From assembly GCA_963762255.1 (NCBI GenBank), contig CAVXKA010000001.1:1152001-1216000 (forward strand): 64,000 nt of DNA, in the 5' to 3' direction. Shown here piece by piece: positions 50,838-59,285 of this stretch. Position 1 is the stretch's first letter, and every line of letters starts with the position of its first letter. The notes beneath the pieces are model-generated. The model had not been told where the DNA came from. It saw only the letters and a program-made list of their open reading frames with translations, and did no database searches. The translations under genes and the position numbers were made by a program. The DNA is from Candidatus Eiseniibacteriota bacterium. Its GTDB lineage: Bacteria; Eisenbacteria; RBG-16-71-46; JABDJR01.

Positions 50838-52896
50838 TGGTACCTCCGCGGTCATCCGTATCGGCGCAGGCTTTGTGCAGGCCAGTCAGGATCAACTCGA
50901 CGATGCGTTCAGGTGAGCGGGTGACAGCCAGCTCACGGTTCTCTTCGGGCTGAAGTCCATTGGACAACCCGTCGAAGCCGCCATCGTGGATCCGCTGGAA
51001 GATATAGTCGTAGTCCTTCCATGTAGCGCCCATGGTTGCGTATAAGGCGCGGAGTTCCTCCGTGAAGGGGACCGCCCGGTGGTAATCCCATGTAAGTGCT
51101 GCCGGCCGCCGCCCTTCAATGGCCTCGCAAACCAAGCGAGCACAGCCACCATAGGCCCCAATCAGGAACACTGGTTGCCGGGCTTCAACACTCAAGAGGA
51201 TCTCCTCCAAGACCCCAGGCATTTGGCCACGATACCCGTCTGATGGGGAGCCAATGCGGCCACCAAGAACGACCCGGGCGTTGACCTCCGAGACCTGCCG
51301 AGCGCGCATCTCCGTGAGGCCGCGTGCCCAGGCAAACCGTCTGATCGCGCTATCCACCGGCACTTCGTAGCGAACGGGATCTGTGAACAGGATGTCGAGC
51401 CCTTCGTCCACGCGGGACGGTCGCTGGCAAGGGAGCACTTCCACGAGAGGTCCTAGACGAGCCTGCGCGTGAACGGTCTCGAACGACGGCCACGGCAAGT
51501 AGTTGACAAGCTGCGGGACGATCACGTCGCCGGGATCTGTAGTACCACCCCGCAGGTGCTCGACTACCGGATCGCGAAGAAGGTCCGCGAGTCGGACAGT
51601 GTAGCCGTCACTACCTAGGTGGCCTCCGTAGGCGAGCCTGACCCCTGAAATCAGCAGATAGCGAGAGACCTCGATGAGAGCTGCCTCAAGGTGGAAAGGC
51701 CGCAGCCCGAAGTGCGCGATATCCTCAGCCGGTGACGAAGAAAGCGCCACGATGAGCGACTTAGCGCTCAAGTCGCTCTTCTTGGCGTGCCGTTCCAGTG
51801 GCGTCTCGACGCGAATGCCAGTCTTCTCGATGATGGCCAGTTCCTCCGCGCCCAGGGGGGGGTCTGGATACAGGACAACCTGATCGGGCTCGCGACGAAC
51901 AAGCGTCAGCAGCTCCGGTCCGGCCGGCAGCACTGCATCGCCCGCCTGTTTTCGCTGCTCAAGGCTCTCCACCGCATAGGCCTGCCTCAACGCTTCACGA
52001 AGTAAGAGGTCGAGCACCTCTTGTGCATCGCCTTTCCAGCGCACGACTGGCACATTGCCAACATATGGAAAACTCCGGACCTCTCTCGCCTGGATGGCGT
52101 CCACGACAACAACCGGGCGCTGAAAATGCTTGGCCAGGAGTACCTCGCGGCGGCACCAAGATCGTGACGAATACGAGTCGGTCAACACCGCCAGCAATGC
52201 CGCGTCCCGCACCCCGCCCTCGATCTCTTTGGCAAAGCGCGACCCCACCTCGATATCGCCGCTGTCGAACCATGTCTTTTGTGGCTGGCTTGCGGTAAGG
52301 TGCGCCAGGAGCGACTTGACCACGCGGGGTTCTGCTTCGAGGTCCAGCTTCGTATGGCTTAGAAAGATCGTCAGCGGAGACGCGTCTTCAAACGCTGGCC
52401 TGGGTTGGAGGCGACGTAGCAGCACATGAAGTATGCGTCTCACGATGAAAGATCGACGCTCCTGCTCGTCGTCGATCGACCAAGCGCGTAGGAAACTAAG
52501 ATCCGCGAGGCGTTCATCTACTGGCCAGGCGTACTGTGAAAGCTGCACGGGCATGAATCGATGATTCGGACTCCGGTCACAGAGAGCCCGCAACTGGACG
52601 ATGTAGTCAGCCCACGTGCGGCCGGTTCCCGATGGCCGATGCGCCTGCGCTGCAAGGTGGTCGTCTGCCAAAACCACAACCAGTACGCGCTCAGCTTCGA
52701 CGGCGAGCTGGGGCTCGGGCACAGAGCCCATCCCATCATCGGGAATGAACAGCGTCGGAATGCGCAACCCCGGTACAGCCGGATCGTCATTGAGTGCGCG
52801 GTGAAGGTTGTCAGCCATGGTCGCCGCGGCTGTACTGGTGGGGTGATACTCGAGCTGCACGAGGACGGCGGCCCGGGAACAAGATGTGCTACCCAT
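50830..52896 (-). CDS. TIR + SLOG (cluster 2-like) fusion protein
   Basis: IFLSHTKLD..WFDSGDIEVG..YSSRSWCRREVLLAK (TIR); LAYGGHL..GLTEMR..RVVLGG..MPGVLEE..PVFLIGAYGG (SLOG). Confidence 0.85.
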   Translation of the reverse strand: MGSTSCSRAAVLVQLEYHPTSTAAATMADNLHRALNDDPAVPGLRIPTLFIPDDGMGSVPEPQLAVEAERVLVVVLADDHLAAQAHRPSGTGRTWADYIVQLRALCDRSPNHRFMPVQLSQYAWPVDERLADLSFLRAWSIDDEQERRSFIVRRILHVLLRRLQPRPAFEDASPLTIFLSHTKLDLEAEPRVVKSLLAHLTASQPQKTWFDSGDIEVGSRFAKEIEGGVRDAALLAVLTDSYSSRSWCRREVLLAKHFQRPVVVVDAIQAREVRSFPYVGNVPVVRWKGDAQEVLDLLLREALRQAYAVESLEQRKQAGDAVLPAGPELLTLVRREPDQVVLYPDPPLGAEELAIIEKTGIRVETPLERHAKKSDLSAKSLIVALSSSPAEDIAHFGLRPFHLEAALIEVSRYLLISGVRLAYGGHLGSDGYTVRLADLLRDPVVEHLRGGTTDPGDVIVPQLVNYLPWPSFETVHAQARLGPLVEVLPCQRPSRVDEGLDILFTDPVRYEVPVDSAIRRFAWARGLTEMRARQVSEVNARVVLGGRIGSPSDGYRGQMPGVLEEILLSVEARQPVFLIGAYGGCARLVCEAIEGRRPAALTWDYHRAVPFTEELRALYATMGATWKDYDYIFQRIHDGGFDGLSNGLQPEENRELAVTRSPERIVELILTGLHKACADTDDRGGTNG

Positions 52897-52975
52897 CACG
52901 TTTCGATCCTCTCAGTGACTGTCTGATGGTGGGGGCTCTGGCTCATATATTCTCCTGGTAGCCGCCACCGGATGC

Positions 52976-53047
52976 GGATGACGCTAGTGCTCGCCATCGG
53001 CGCGGCGGCGAAGCGCTGAGCCCGGATGGTGCAGCCCCTTGTTGAAC
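52976..53047 (-). mobile_element. Degenerate integron attC-like site
   Basis: GTTCAAC (RYYYAAC), 5 nt, GCTGCACCATCCGG ... CCGATGGCGAGC, 6 nt, GTCATCC; two extrahelical bases; R' reads GTC instead of GTT; 20 bp after a stop codon. Confidence 0.6.
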
Positions 53048-53066
53048 GAGACAGGCGTCCACGCCC

Positions 53067-54563
53067 TTACTCATTGACAGGCCCCGTCATGCGGGTCTCG
53101 CCCAACTTCCCCAGCAAGTCACTCGCGATGTGCAGCAATTGTTCATCCACGTTGCCGCTCGGGTCGAACATCAGGCCGCCGACCCTGTTACTTTCGTCGA
53201 ACATCCCCACGGGAGCATCCGAGAACAAGATGGGGATAACGTGGCCGGATCCAAAGCGCTCCCTGAACTGTTCGGACTCAAACTTCGTCCAGATGCGGGT
53301 GGGGTATGCTGCTCCAAGTAGGCAGATCACAAACGCCGCTTCAGATCTGTAGATCGGTCCGAGATAGTCCTCGATGTCCTCGGCGAGCATGCGATGCTGC
53401 TCATTCTTGTCGTAAAACACCTGTACCTCGGCTTCTGTGAGTAGCTCGAATAGTCTTTGTGCAACAGTGCGATCCGAGCCAGCAAAGGAAAGCGCGAAGT
53501 CATAACGTGCTGGAAACACTGTATTGAGATAGCCTACCTTGCGGGAGAAGGCGTTCCACGGCAGATTGCGTAAGAAGAAGACGAATTGCGGATCTTGCAC
53601 AGCGAGAATGTGTGTAGACGGCTCGTAGTGAAGTAGCTCTTTGAATTCCTGGTTTCCTTCGATGAACGCCTGCAAGTAACCCTTCTCCACAACCTGGCCC
53701 ACGCCTCCGCGCTGATCCGGGTGCGTCACTATTTCTCGGTCGAGCTGGATTGTCCATTCACTGGCTTCAGCAACCCACTTGAGAATATGAAGATATGGCG
53801 CCCTCCCCTCACGTCGGAGTTTGGGTCCCGAAGCGAACTTCAGGGTCGCGTCCATAAATTTGGGGGAGAGCTGTGACAGTACCCGCGCACGGGTAAGCTC
53901 AAAGCTCGATTCGAGATCCTTGTGCTCCTCTGGAGCTTCAAGAACCTGAGCTTGCAGGCACGTTTCGTGGCAGAGCATCTGGGCGATGAAGAAACTGCCA
54001 TTTGACGCGGCGACAATTTCCTCGATGGTGTTAAAGGAAATGTTCATCGCCCTTTCGCCGAGCGCGGGGATCTGGCGCACGCGCTCGGGAGGATTGGCCT
54101 CAAAGGGTATGACATCGAGGCGTGTGGATAAATCTACACCGAAGTTGATCAATGCCTGACCTGCCTTGGCGATGCCGATCACTACTAGCTTGGTATCGGC
54201 TCGTTCTTCGTCGGCAAGAGTCTTGAGGAAGTCCGCCAGGTATCCCCGGACCTCGGTGCTGAGGCGATGGAAGTCATCGACGATAACGGTTCCTGCGCCC
54301 TTGAGTTCGGGAAGGGCCTTGATGATGTCAACGTCGTCGCGTTTCCGCGCGCTTAGCTTGAGCGAAGCCTTGGCGAGGCCGAGTTCATCGAGAGCTCTGG
54401 CCACGGCCGAGGTCTTTCCGATTCCGGAGGGGCCCTCAATCACGATCCCGCGTCCCGGGGTGCGAAGAGACACCAGCAGACGGTTGTACTCCGCCGGCTT
54501 AACAAAGGTATGCGTCGGTACGCCCGAGAGTTTGAAGACCTGTTCTAGCTTTGGTTCAGGCAA
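53067..54563 (-). CDS. P-loop ATPase + C-terminal TIR protein
   Basis: IEGPSGIGKTS (Walker A), VIVDDFH (Walker B); YDFALSFAGSDR..VFYD..YPTRIWTKFE (TIR). Probable TTG start after GGAGGGAG. Confidence 0.85.
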   Translation of the reverse strand: MPEPKLEQVFKLSGVPTHTFVKPAEYNRLLVSLRTPGRGIVIEGPSGIGKTSAVARALDELGLAKASLKLSARKRDDVDIIKALPELKGAGTVIVDDFHRLSTEVRGYLADFLKTLADEERADTKLVVIGIAKAGQALINFGVDLSTRLDVIPFEANPPERVRQIPALGERAMNISFNTIEEIVAASNGSFFIAQMLCHETCLQAQVLEAPEEHKDLESSFELTRARVLSQLSPKFMDATLKFASGPKLRREGRAPYLHILKWVAEASEWTIQLDREIVTHPDQRGGVGQVVEKGYLQAFIEGNQEFKELLHYEPSTHILAVQDPQFVFFLRNLPWNAFSRKVGYLNTVFPARYDFALSFAGSDRTVAQRLFELLTEAEVQVFYDKNEQHRMLAEDIEDYLGPIYRSEAAFVICLLGAAYPTRIWTKFESEQFRERFGSGHVIPILFSDAPVGMFDESNRVGGLMFDPSGNVDEQLLHIASDLLGKLGETRMTGPVNE

Positions 54564-54783
54564 GTAACGCTCCCTCCAGTTGACCGCGACTCCACATTGT
54601 TCGTTCGACGCCAATCGGACTGCGGAGTATGACTGCCATGTCGATTATCCGAGTCCAGCGCAGCCTGCGGCACGCAGATACATCGAAGGGCGTTGATTCA
54701 TACAGGACTCTTCTCCCTCATGTCTGCGGATCGCCACTATGGATAGGCTGGAGCCGCCGGTGCGAGTCAGCGAAGTCGCCCCC

Positions 54784-55272
54784 CTACTTCCCCACCAAAT
54801 GCGCCTCCAGGAACCACAGCATCTTGTCCACCGCGCGCGAGATCTCGGTGAGGAGATCCTCGGTGCCCGTATCGTCGGCCTTGTCGGCCTCTTCGATGGC
54901 TGCGCGCACTGTCGTCGCAAACGCGCTGACCGACGCAACGATCGCCTTCAGGTGCGCGTCCCCACCCGCCGTGCCCAGCTTGTAAGCAGGCAACCGAGTG
55001 CGGTCGGCCACCGACGCCAGCGTGCCCTCGGCGGTGCCGCCCAATTGAACCGCGCGCTCGGCCATGAGATCGGCCCAGTCGCCCGCCTCCGCATAGAGCT
55101 TGTCGAACAGCTCGTGCAGCGGGAGGAAGTGCGGGCCCTTCACGTTCCAGTGCGCCTGCTTGGCCTGGAGTGCGAGGTGCAGCGCGTCGGCCAGCCCCGC
55201 GTTCAACAGGTCCACCATGGCGGCGCGGGCGATCTTGGGAAGGTCGTTCTTCGTGGGGTTCAGCTTGGGCAT
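54784..55272 (-). CDS. dps: DNA starvation/stationary-phase protection protein Dps
   Basis: KQAHWNVKGPHFLPLHELFD..DLMAERAVQLGG..DKMLWFLEAHL. Confidence 0.95.
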   Translation of the reverse strand: MPKLNPTKNDLPKIARAAMVDLLNAGLADALHLALQAKQAHWNVKGPHFLPLHELFDKLYAEAGDWADLMAERAVQLGGTAEGTLASVADRTRLPAYKLGTAGGDAHLKAIVASVSAFATTVRAAIEEADKADDTGTEDLLTEISRAVDKMLWFLEAHLVGK

Positions 55273-55321
55273 CAATCGTGTCCTTCCTCCGCGACCGGAA
55301 CCGATCCGGCCTCGGTGGGTT

Positions 55322-55762
55322 CTAGCCAAGTGCGGCAAGCACTTCGGCCGGATGGCTCTTCACGTCCACCTTGGGATAGGCCTGCAGGATCTTGCCGTCG
55401 GGGCCGATCACGTAGGTGATACGATCGGCGTAGGCTTGATCGGGATCGGAGGCCGCGTGGTAGTCCACGCCGATCCGGCGATCCTCGTCGGAGAGGAGTA
55501 GGAACGGGAGCTCGAGCTTCCTGGCGAAAGCTCTGTTGTCATGCACCGTATCGAAACTCACCCCCAACACCACCGCGTTCTTGGATTCGAATTGCTGGAT
55601 TCCGTCCCGGAACCCTTGTGCTTCGACCGTTCACCCGCCGGTGTCGGCCTTGGGGTAGAACCACAGGACGACCAGCTTCCCTTTGAAGTCGGAGAGGCGG
55701 ACCTTCGCCCCGGTGTGCGCCGTCGCGACGAATGCAGGCGCGTGATCGCCGACATTGAGCAT
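55322..55762 (-). CDS. bcp: Bcp/PrxQ peroxiredoxin, selenocysteine form (UGA at codon 44)
   Basis: MLNVGDHAPAF..LSDFKGKLVVLWFYPKADTGG-TGA-TVEAQGFRD..VLGVSFD..RITYVIGPDGKI; TGA at 55631-55633 falls at the peroxidatic Cys position; SECIS-like hairpin follows. Confidence 0.85.
55597..55615 (-). promoter_or_regulatory. Bacterial SECIS-like hairpin
   Basis: GGGUUCCG-GGA-CGGAAUCC, with a G-containing apical loop 23 nt after the UGA. Confidence 0.65.
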
Positions 55763-55816
55763 GGGCATCTCCTTGAAGAGCGGCCGCGGCTGGGTCTGGG
55801 GGAGCCCCTATCCAAG

Positions 55817-56713
55817 GTGCATGCGACCCGCCGTGCGAGGCAGCATATCACGACGGCGCTGCTGCTTGCGACCGTTGGTGTAGTTTCGGCGGCCGCGTTG
55901 CTGGGTCCCGCGCCGGTCGCGTCCGCGGTGGGGGACGCGAGCCTGAGCGCGCCGCGCTGGGCGGCGGTCGTTCCCGGCATCGAGTTCGCCCGCGTCGAGG
56001 CCGCGCGCTATTGCCGACAAGGAAGCACCGGAATCGGGGTCGTGCGTATGGATCCCTCGCGGTGCCGCCTCGAACCCTTCCACGAGACCGAGTACCCCGG
56101 CGCGGCCGCGGTCGGGGTTCAGGGGTGGATGGACCGCCTCAAGGCCCCGATCGTCTTCAACGCCGGCCTTTATGACGAAGCTCGCAGACACCTGGGCACG
56201 TTGCAGCGGGACGGCAAGCGGCTGGAGTCGGTCAAGCACACGCGCTGGCTGGCGCTCTTGGTGTCGGGGCCGAAGGCGCCCGACCTCCCCGCGGCGGCGA
56301 TCCTCGACCTGGGAGTGGCGGCGGAGCGCGGTTGGGCGGGCCAGTACCGCAACGCGGTCCAGTGCATGATGCTCTTCGACGGCTCGGGCGAGGCGCGCGT
56401 GCGCCGGTCGGAGAATGTCGCGCCCCTGACGTTGCTCGCGGCGGACGAGGCCGGCCGGTTGCTGGTCTTCGTCACCGAAGGGGGATTCACCCTCTGGGAG
56501 AGCGCGCTCTTGTTGCGCGAGGCGGGCCTGGGGCTGGTGCGCGCGATGGCGCTGGACGGCGGGCGGCAGGCGTCGCTGGCCGTGGAAGGCGGCGGCGTGA
56601 GCTATCGGTCGTACGCGCCGTCCGGCGGCTCGGTCAGCGCGGGCGAGGTGCTGCGCGCGGCGACCACGCTCCCGGCGGTGGTGGCGGTGAGGGCGGGGGC
56701 GGCGTCGAACTAG
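55817..56713 (+). CDS. Phosphodiester glycosidase-like (DUF2233/NAGPA) secreted protein
   Basis: Signal-like N-terminus; VVRMDP, VFNAGLYD, AMALDGGRQASL. Start codon uncertain. Confidence 0.65.
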   Translation: MHATRRARQHITTALLLATVGVVSAAALLGPAPVASAVGDASLSAPRWAAVVPGIEFARVEAARYCRQGSTGIGVVRMDPSRCRLEPFHETEYPGAAAVGVQGWMDRLKAPIVFNAGLYDEARRHLGTLQRDGKRLESVKHTRWLALLVSGPKAPDLPAAAILDLGVAAERGWAGQYRNAVQCMMLFDGSGEARVRRSENVAPLTLLAADEAGRLLVFVTEGGFTLWESALLLREAGLGLVRAMALDGGRQASLAVEGGGVSYRSYAPSGGSVSAGEVLRAATTLPAVVAVRAGAASN

Positions 56714-56726
56714 GGCGCGCTTCCGA

Positions 56727-57017
56727 TCATGCGCTCAATGCCGCCGCGACCGCCTTCGGATTCCGTGCAGCGACTCGAAGTAGAGCCTGCGCAGGCCCAT
56801 CCGGGACTCGCCGACCCTGCTCCCAGTTTCGGAGTGTGGCCACACTGACCCCGATCATCATCGCGAACTCGGTCTGCGACTTCCCAAGGCTGTCTCGGAT
56901 AGCCCTGATGTCGGCGGGTTTGAAGGTGATCGCGCGACTCGGTCGCATCTTCTTGCGCCGAATCTTCCCGGCCTGTCGAACACTCTTGACGAGGTCGTCG
57001 AAGTCCTTCTGTTTCAT
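56727..57017 (-). CDS. HigA-type XRE-HTH antitoxin
   Basis: IRDSLGKSQTEFAMMIGVSVATLRNWEQGRRVPDGPAQALL; ATGA overlap with the toxin gene. Confidence 0.9.
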   Translation of the reverse strand: MKQKDFDDLVKSVRQAGKIRRKKMRPSRAITFKPADIRAIRDSLGKSQTEFAMMIGVSVATLRNWEQGRRVPDGPAQALLRVAARNPKAVAAALSA

Positions 57018-57331
57018 TTGAACTCCTCCCGGACGATTCTGGCTAGGACTCGAAGCTGCACCGGTGTCAGATCCTCCTGGATAGCCTTGCCGTATACGAA
57101 AAGCATGTAGAACACCTGCTCATCGGGCTGCCAGTAGTAGATCACTCGAACACCGCCGCGCTTTCCAACGCCCTTGGGCGCCCAGCGGATCTTTCGCAGC
57201 CCACCCCCGCCCTTAATGAGCGGGCCCTGCTCAGGGCGCAGCAACAGTGCGATTTGGAGCGTCCTGTAGTCCTCGTCCGCCAGCAGGTCTTTCACCCTCT
57301 TCGTGAAGACCGGAGTTTCAACAAAACGCAT
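57014..57331 (-). CDS. RelE/HigB-family toxin
   Basis: MRFVETPVF..GGGGLRKIRW..GKRGGVRVIYY..YGK. Confidence 0.9.
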   Translation of the reverse strand: MRFVETPVFTKRVKDLLADEDYRTLQIALLLRPEQGPLIKGGGGLRKIRWAPKGVGKRGGVRVIYYWQPDEQVFYMLFVYGKAIQEDLTPVQLRVLARIVREEFK

Positions 57332-57336
57332 ATGGC

Positions 57337-57365
57337 ACTATACGCCAATGGCGTACCTTAGTCAA
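57337..57365 (-). promoter_or_regulatory. Leaderless sigma70 promoter with palindromic operator
   Basis: TTGACT-17-TATAGT-5 nt-ATG; operator TACGCCAATGGCGTA (57341-57355). Confidence 0.8.
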
Positions 57366-57408
57366 CCCGGCTGCTTCGAGTCTGTCAAACCCGATATTGT
57401 GTGGATAC

Positions 57409-57436
57409 CGTGATGCTCACCCGGGTGAGCATCACG
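57409..57436. repeat. Palindrome family copy 2 (28 bp, perfect)
   Basis: CGTGATGCTCACCCGGGTGAGCATCACG. Confidence 0.9.
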
Positions 57437-57449
57437 CTTCCCGATTCGA

Positions 57450-57815
57450 CTACCCCCGCAGGGACTGCGGGTAGAGTGCCTCTCCCGCTGCGGTGAGCTT
57501 CTCAAGCCACATGGTCTTCAGGATGCGCAGCTCCTCTGTCGGATCGTAGGTCGGCTCGTCCACCGGGGGCAGGGTATCCAGCGTCTCGAACGTGAACGCT
57601 TCCGTCCCGTGCTCATTCCAGTCGCTCTGGAGTTCCTTGTCCGCGTGCGAGCCGTTCTCCAACTGGAACCGCTGCCGGTTGAGCATTCCCGGGATGTCGG
57701 GGGTCGAGCCGATCAGCGACTTCCCGCTGACGGTGTTGCGGATCCGGAAGATGCCCGCGGGGCGGGGCGTCTCCTTGTACTCGCGCGCGAGCGCCTTGCG
57801 GTCGATGGGGTTCAC
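57450..57815 (-). CDS. GIY-YIG-like small protein
   Basis: RKALAREYKE..AGIFRIRN..SLIGS..NRQRFQL..LQSDWNEHG..FTFETLD. Confidence 0.75.
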   Translation of the reverse strand: MNPIDRKALAREYKETPRPAGIFRIRNTVSGKSLIGSTPDIPGMLNRQRFQLENGSHADKELQSDWNEHGTEAFTFETLDTLPPVDEPTYDPTEELRILKTMWLEKLTAAGEALYPQSLRG

Positions 57816-57865
57816 CTGACGTCTTCCTTGGCCGGCCTTCGCGTGTGAGGGCACATGACGTAGGG

Positions 57866-58141
57866 CTAGGCTGCGACCTCCAAGAGGATCCTGGGGTTGC
57901 GATTCGCGATCGACAACAGGGTCCGCGCCGGTCCAGATGGCGTTCGGCGCCCCTGTTCCCATTCCTGGAGCGTTCGGATCGAAACTCCGAGCAAGCGGGC
58001 GAACTCGCTCTGCGAAAGGCCGACCTTCGCCCGGATCTCGGCAATCGGAGGAAGCGTGATCACTCGACCCACTTCACCGCGCTTCAGTTCACGAATGCCT
58101 GTCAGTATCTCCTGGCCAATGTCCCGACGGGGCTTAGTCAC
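57866..58141 (-). CDS. HigA-type XRE-HTH antitoxin
   Basis: IRAKVGLSQSEFARLLGVSIRTLQEWEQGRRTPSGPARTLL. Confidence 0.9.
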   Translation of the reverse strand: MTKPRRDIGQEILTGIRELKRGEVGRVITLPPIAEIRAKVGLSQSEFARLLGVSIRTLQEWEQGRRTPSGPARTLLSIANRNPRILLEVAA

Positions 58142-58448
58142 TTTCAATCTCCTGTCTGATTCTCCGTAGGACGCGCGCGGAGATCGTCTCGGCTTCATTC
58201 TTGGCGTAAATGGTCAACATCCAGATCAAGGCCATTTGGACCCTCTGGAAATAGATGACCCTGACACCTCCCCGCTTCCCGCGGCCCTCAGCACCCCATC
58301 GGATCTTGCGGACACCGCCAGAGCCGGGAATGACGGTTCCAGCCTCAGGATTTTCAGCGAGCGCTTCTTGGAGGCCGCGGTACTCATCGTCGCTGAGGTA
58401 CTCCCCTACGAGCCGAGTGAAGAGGGGCGTCTCAACGAAGGTGAACAT
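58134..58448 (-). CDS. RelE/HigB-family toxin
   Basis: FVETPLF..IPGSGGVRKIRW..GKRGGVRVIYF..IYAKNE. Confidence 0.9.
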   Translation of the reverse strand: MFTFVETPLFTRLVGEYLSDDEYRGLQEALAENPEAGTVIPGSGGVRKIRWGAEGRGKRGGVRVIYFQRVQMALIWMLTIYAKNEAETISARVLRRIRQEIESD

Positions 58449-58454
58449 GTGGTG

Positions 58455-58483
58455 ACTATACGTCAGAGACGTATGGCTGTCAA
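58455..58483 (-). promoter_or_regulatory. Leaderless sigma70 promoter with palindromic operator
   Basis: TTGACA-17-TATAGT-6 nt-ATG; operator ATACGTC-aga-GACGTAT. Confidence 0.85.
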
Positions 58484-58510
58484 CCCTTGATTGCCCGCTG
58501 AACCTGACGC

Positions 58511-58620
58511 CTAGGCGCCTTCCAACTGTCGCTTGATCTCATCCCAAGACGAGTACTTCCCTGGATCGCTCTCGTGCCTGCGAAGTCGCCGCTCCGCCTC
58601 TTCGCGCTGGGCCGGCGCAA
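58511..58620 (-). pseudogene. 3' remnant of an addiction-module antitoxin
   Basis: PAQREEAERRLRRHESDPGKYSSWDEIKRQL resembles the C-terminus of unstable addiction-module antitoxins; no credible 5' part; truncated next to palindrome copy 3. Confidence 0.55.
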
Positions 58621-58643
58621 AATCGAACGATCGCCGCCTACCG

Positions 58644-58669
58644 GCCCTGCTCACCCGGGTGAGCAGGGC
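58644..58669. repeat. Palindrome family copy 3 (26 bp, perfect)
   Basis: GCCCTGCTCACCCGGGTGAGCAGGGC. Confidence 0.9.
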
Positions 58670-58697
58670 GCCGCTCACGCTTTCGGCGGGGTCGACA

Positions 58698-59042
58698 TCA
58701 AAGCGACAACACCAGCCGCAGTCCAGACTCGACGGAGTCCAGGGCGGTGGCAGAGAGAGTTCCCACGCGCTCAACCAGGAACTCCCGATCCAGCGTCAAG
58801 AGCTGCGACACGTTCACGACAGACTCACGTGAAAGCTTGCTCTGCCGGCGCGTCAGGCGGACGTTCCCGGGAGCATCGGCGAGACGGAGGTTGGAGGTGA
58901 TCGCCGCAACGACGACGGTCCCGATCTGGCTCGCATTGAAGGAATCCGCCTGGACGACAAGCACGGGACGTCGAAAGCCGGGCTCGGAGCCACGTGGGTT
59001 CGGGAGATCCGCCCACCAAATCTCACCCCGCTTCACTACCAC
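58698..59042 (-). CDS. MazF/PemK-family toxin
   Basis: KRGEIWWADL..GSEPGFRRPVLVVQ..ITSN..SVVNVSQLLTLDR. Confidence 0.93.
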   Translation of the reverse strand: MVVKRGEIWWADLPNPRGSEPGFRRPVLVVQADSFNASQIGTVVVAAITSNLRLADAPGNVRLTRRQSKLSRESVVNVSQLLTLDREFLVERVGTLSATALDSVESGLRLVLSL

Positions 59043-59278
59043 TCCTCGGGCCGAAGTGTCGCCGTCTGCATCCGCTGCAGAACGGGATCGACCTTGGAAA
59101 TGGACGGATCCAGCGCGTAGACCTCGTTCAGCGCGTCCGTGACGCTCTGGCCTTTGTGACGTTCAAGGAAGGCGCCAAGGGCCCGTTGATAGAGTTCGCT
59201 CCGCGAGAGACGGAGCCGCTTGGCCGCCAGCTCTGCCGCTTTGAAAAGATCGTCCGGCAGGGAGATAGCTGTTTTCAT
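59036..59278 (-). CDS. Ribbon-helix-helix antitoxin
   Basis: MKTAISLPDDLF..LSRSELYQRAL; overlaps the mazF start. Confidence 0.88.
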   Translation of the reverse strand: MKTAISLPDDLFKAAELAAKRLRLSRSELYQRALGAFLERHKGQSVTDALNEVYALDPSISKVDPVLQRMQTATLRPEEW

Positions 59279-59285
59279 GGACGAA

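Larger units (their letters stand above)
40550..54780. mobile_element. Defence/genomic island (no integrase in the window; boundaries approximate)
   Basis: Visible shift to more A/T at third codon positions, all genes defence-like and on the minus strand, typA duplicate at the left edge, attC-like site inside. Confidence 0.7.

Noticed and set aside
50358-52896. Canonical Thoeris type I or II call
   Set aside because: No Sir2-SLOG or Macro-TM ThsA; the SLOG is fused to a TIR and the operon continues into modification genes. Similarity to other TIR-SLOG Thoeris variants needs an HMM check.
40550-54780. Prophage origin of the modification genes
   Set aside because: No structural, replication, lysis or integrase genes in the window.
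55322-55573. 83-aa ORF read as a truncated peroxiredoxin pseudogene
   Set aside because: Better explained as the 3' part of a full-length selenoprotein.
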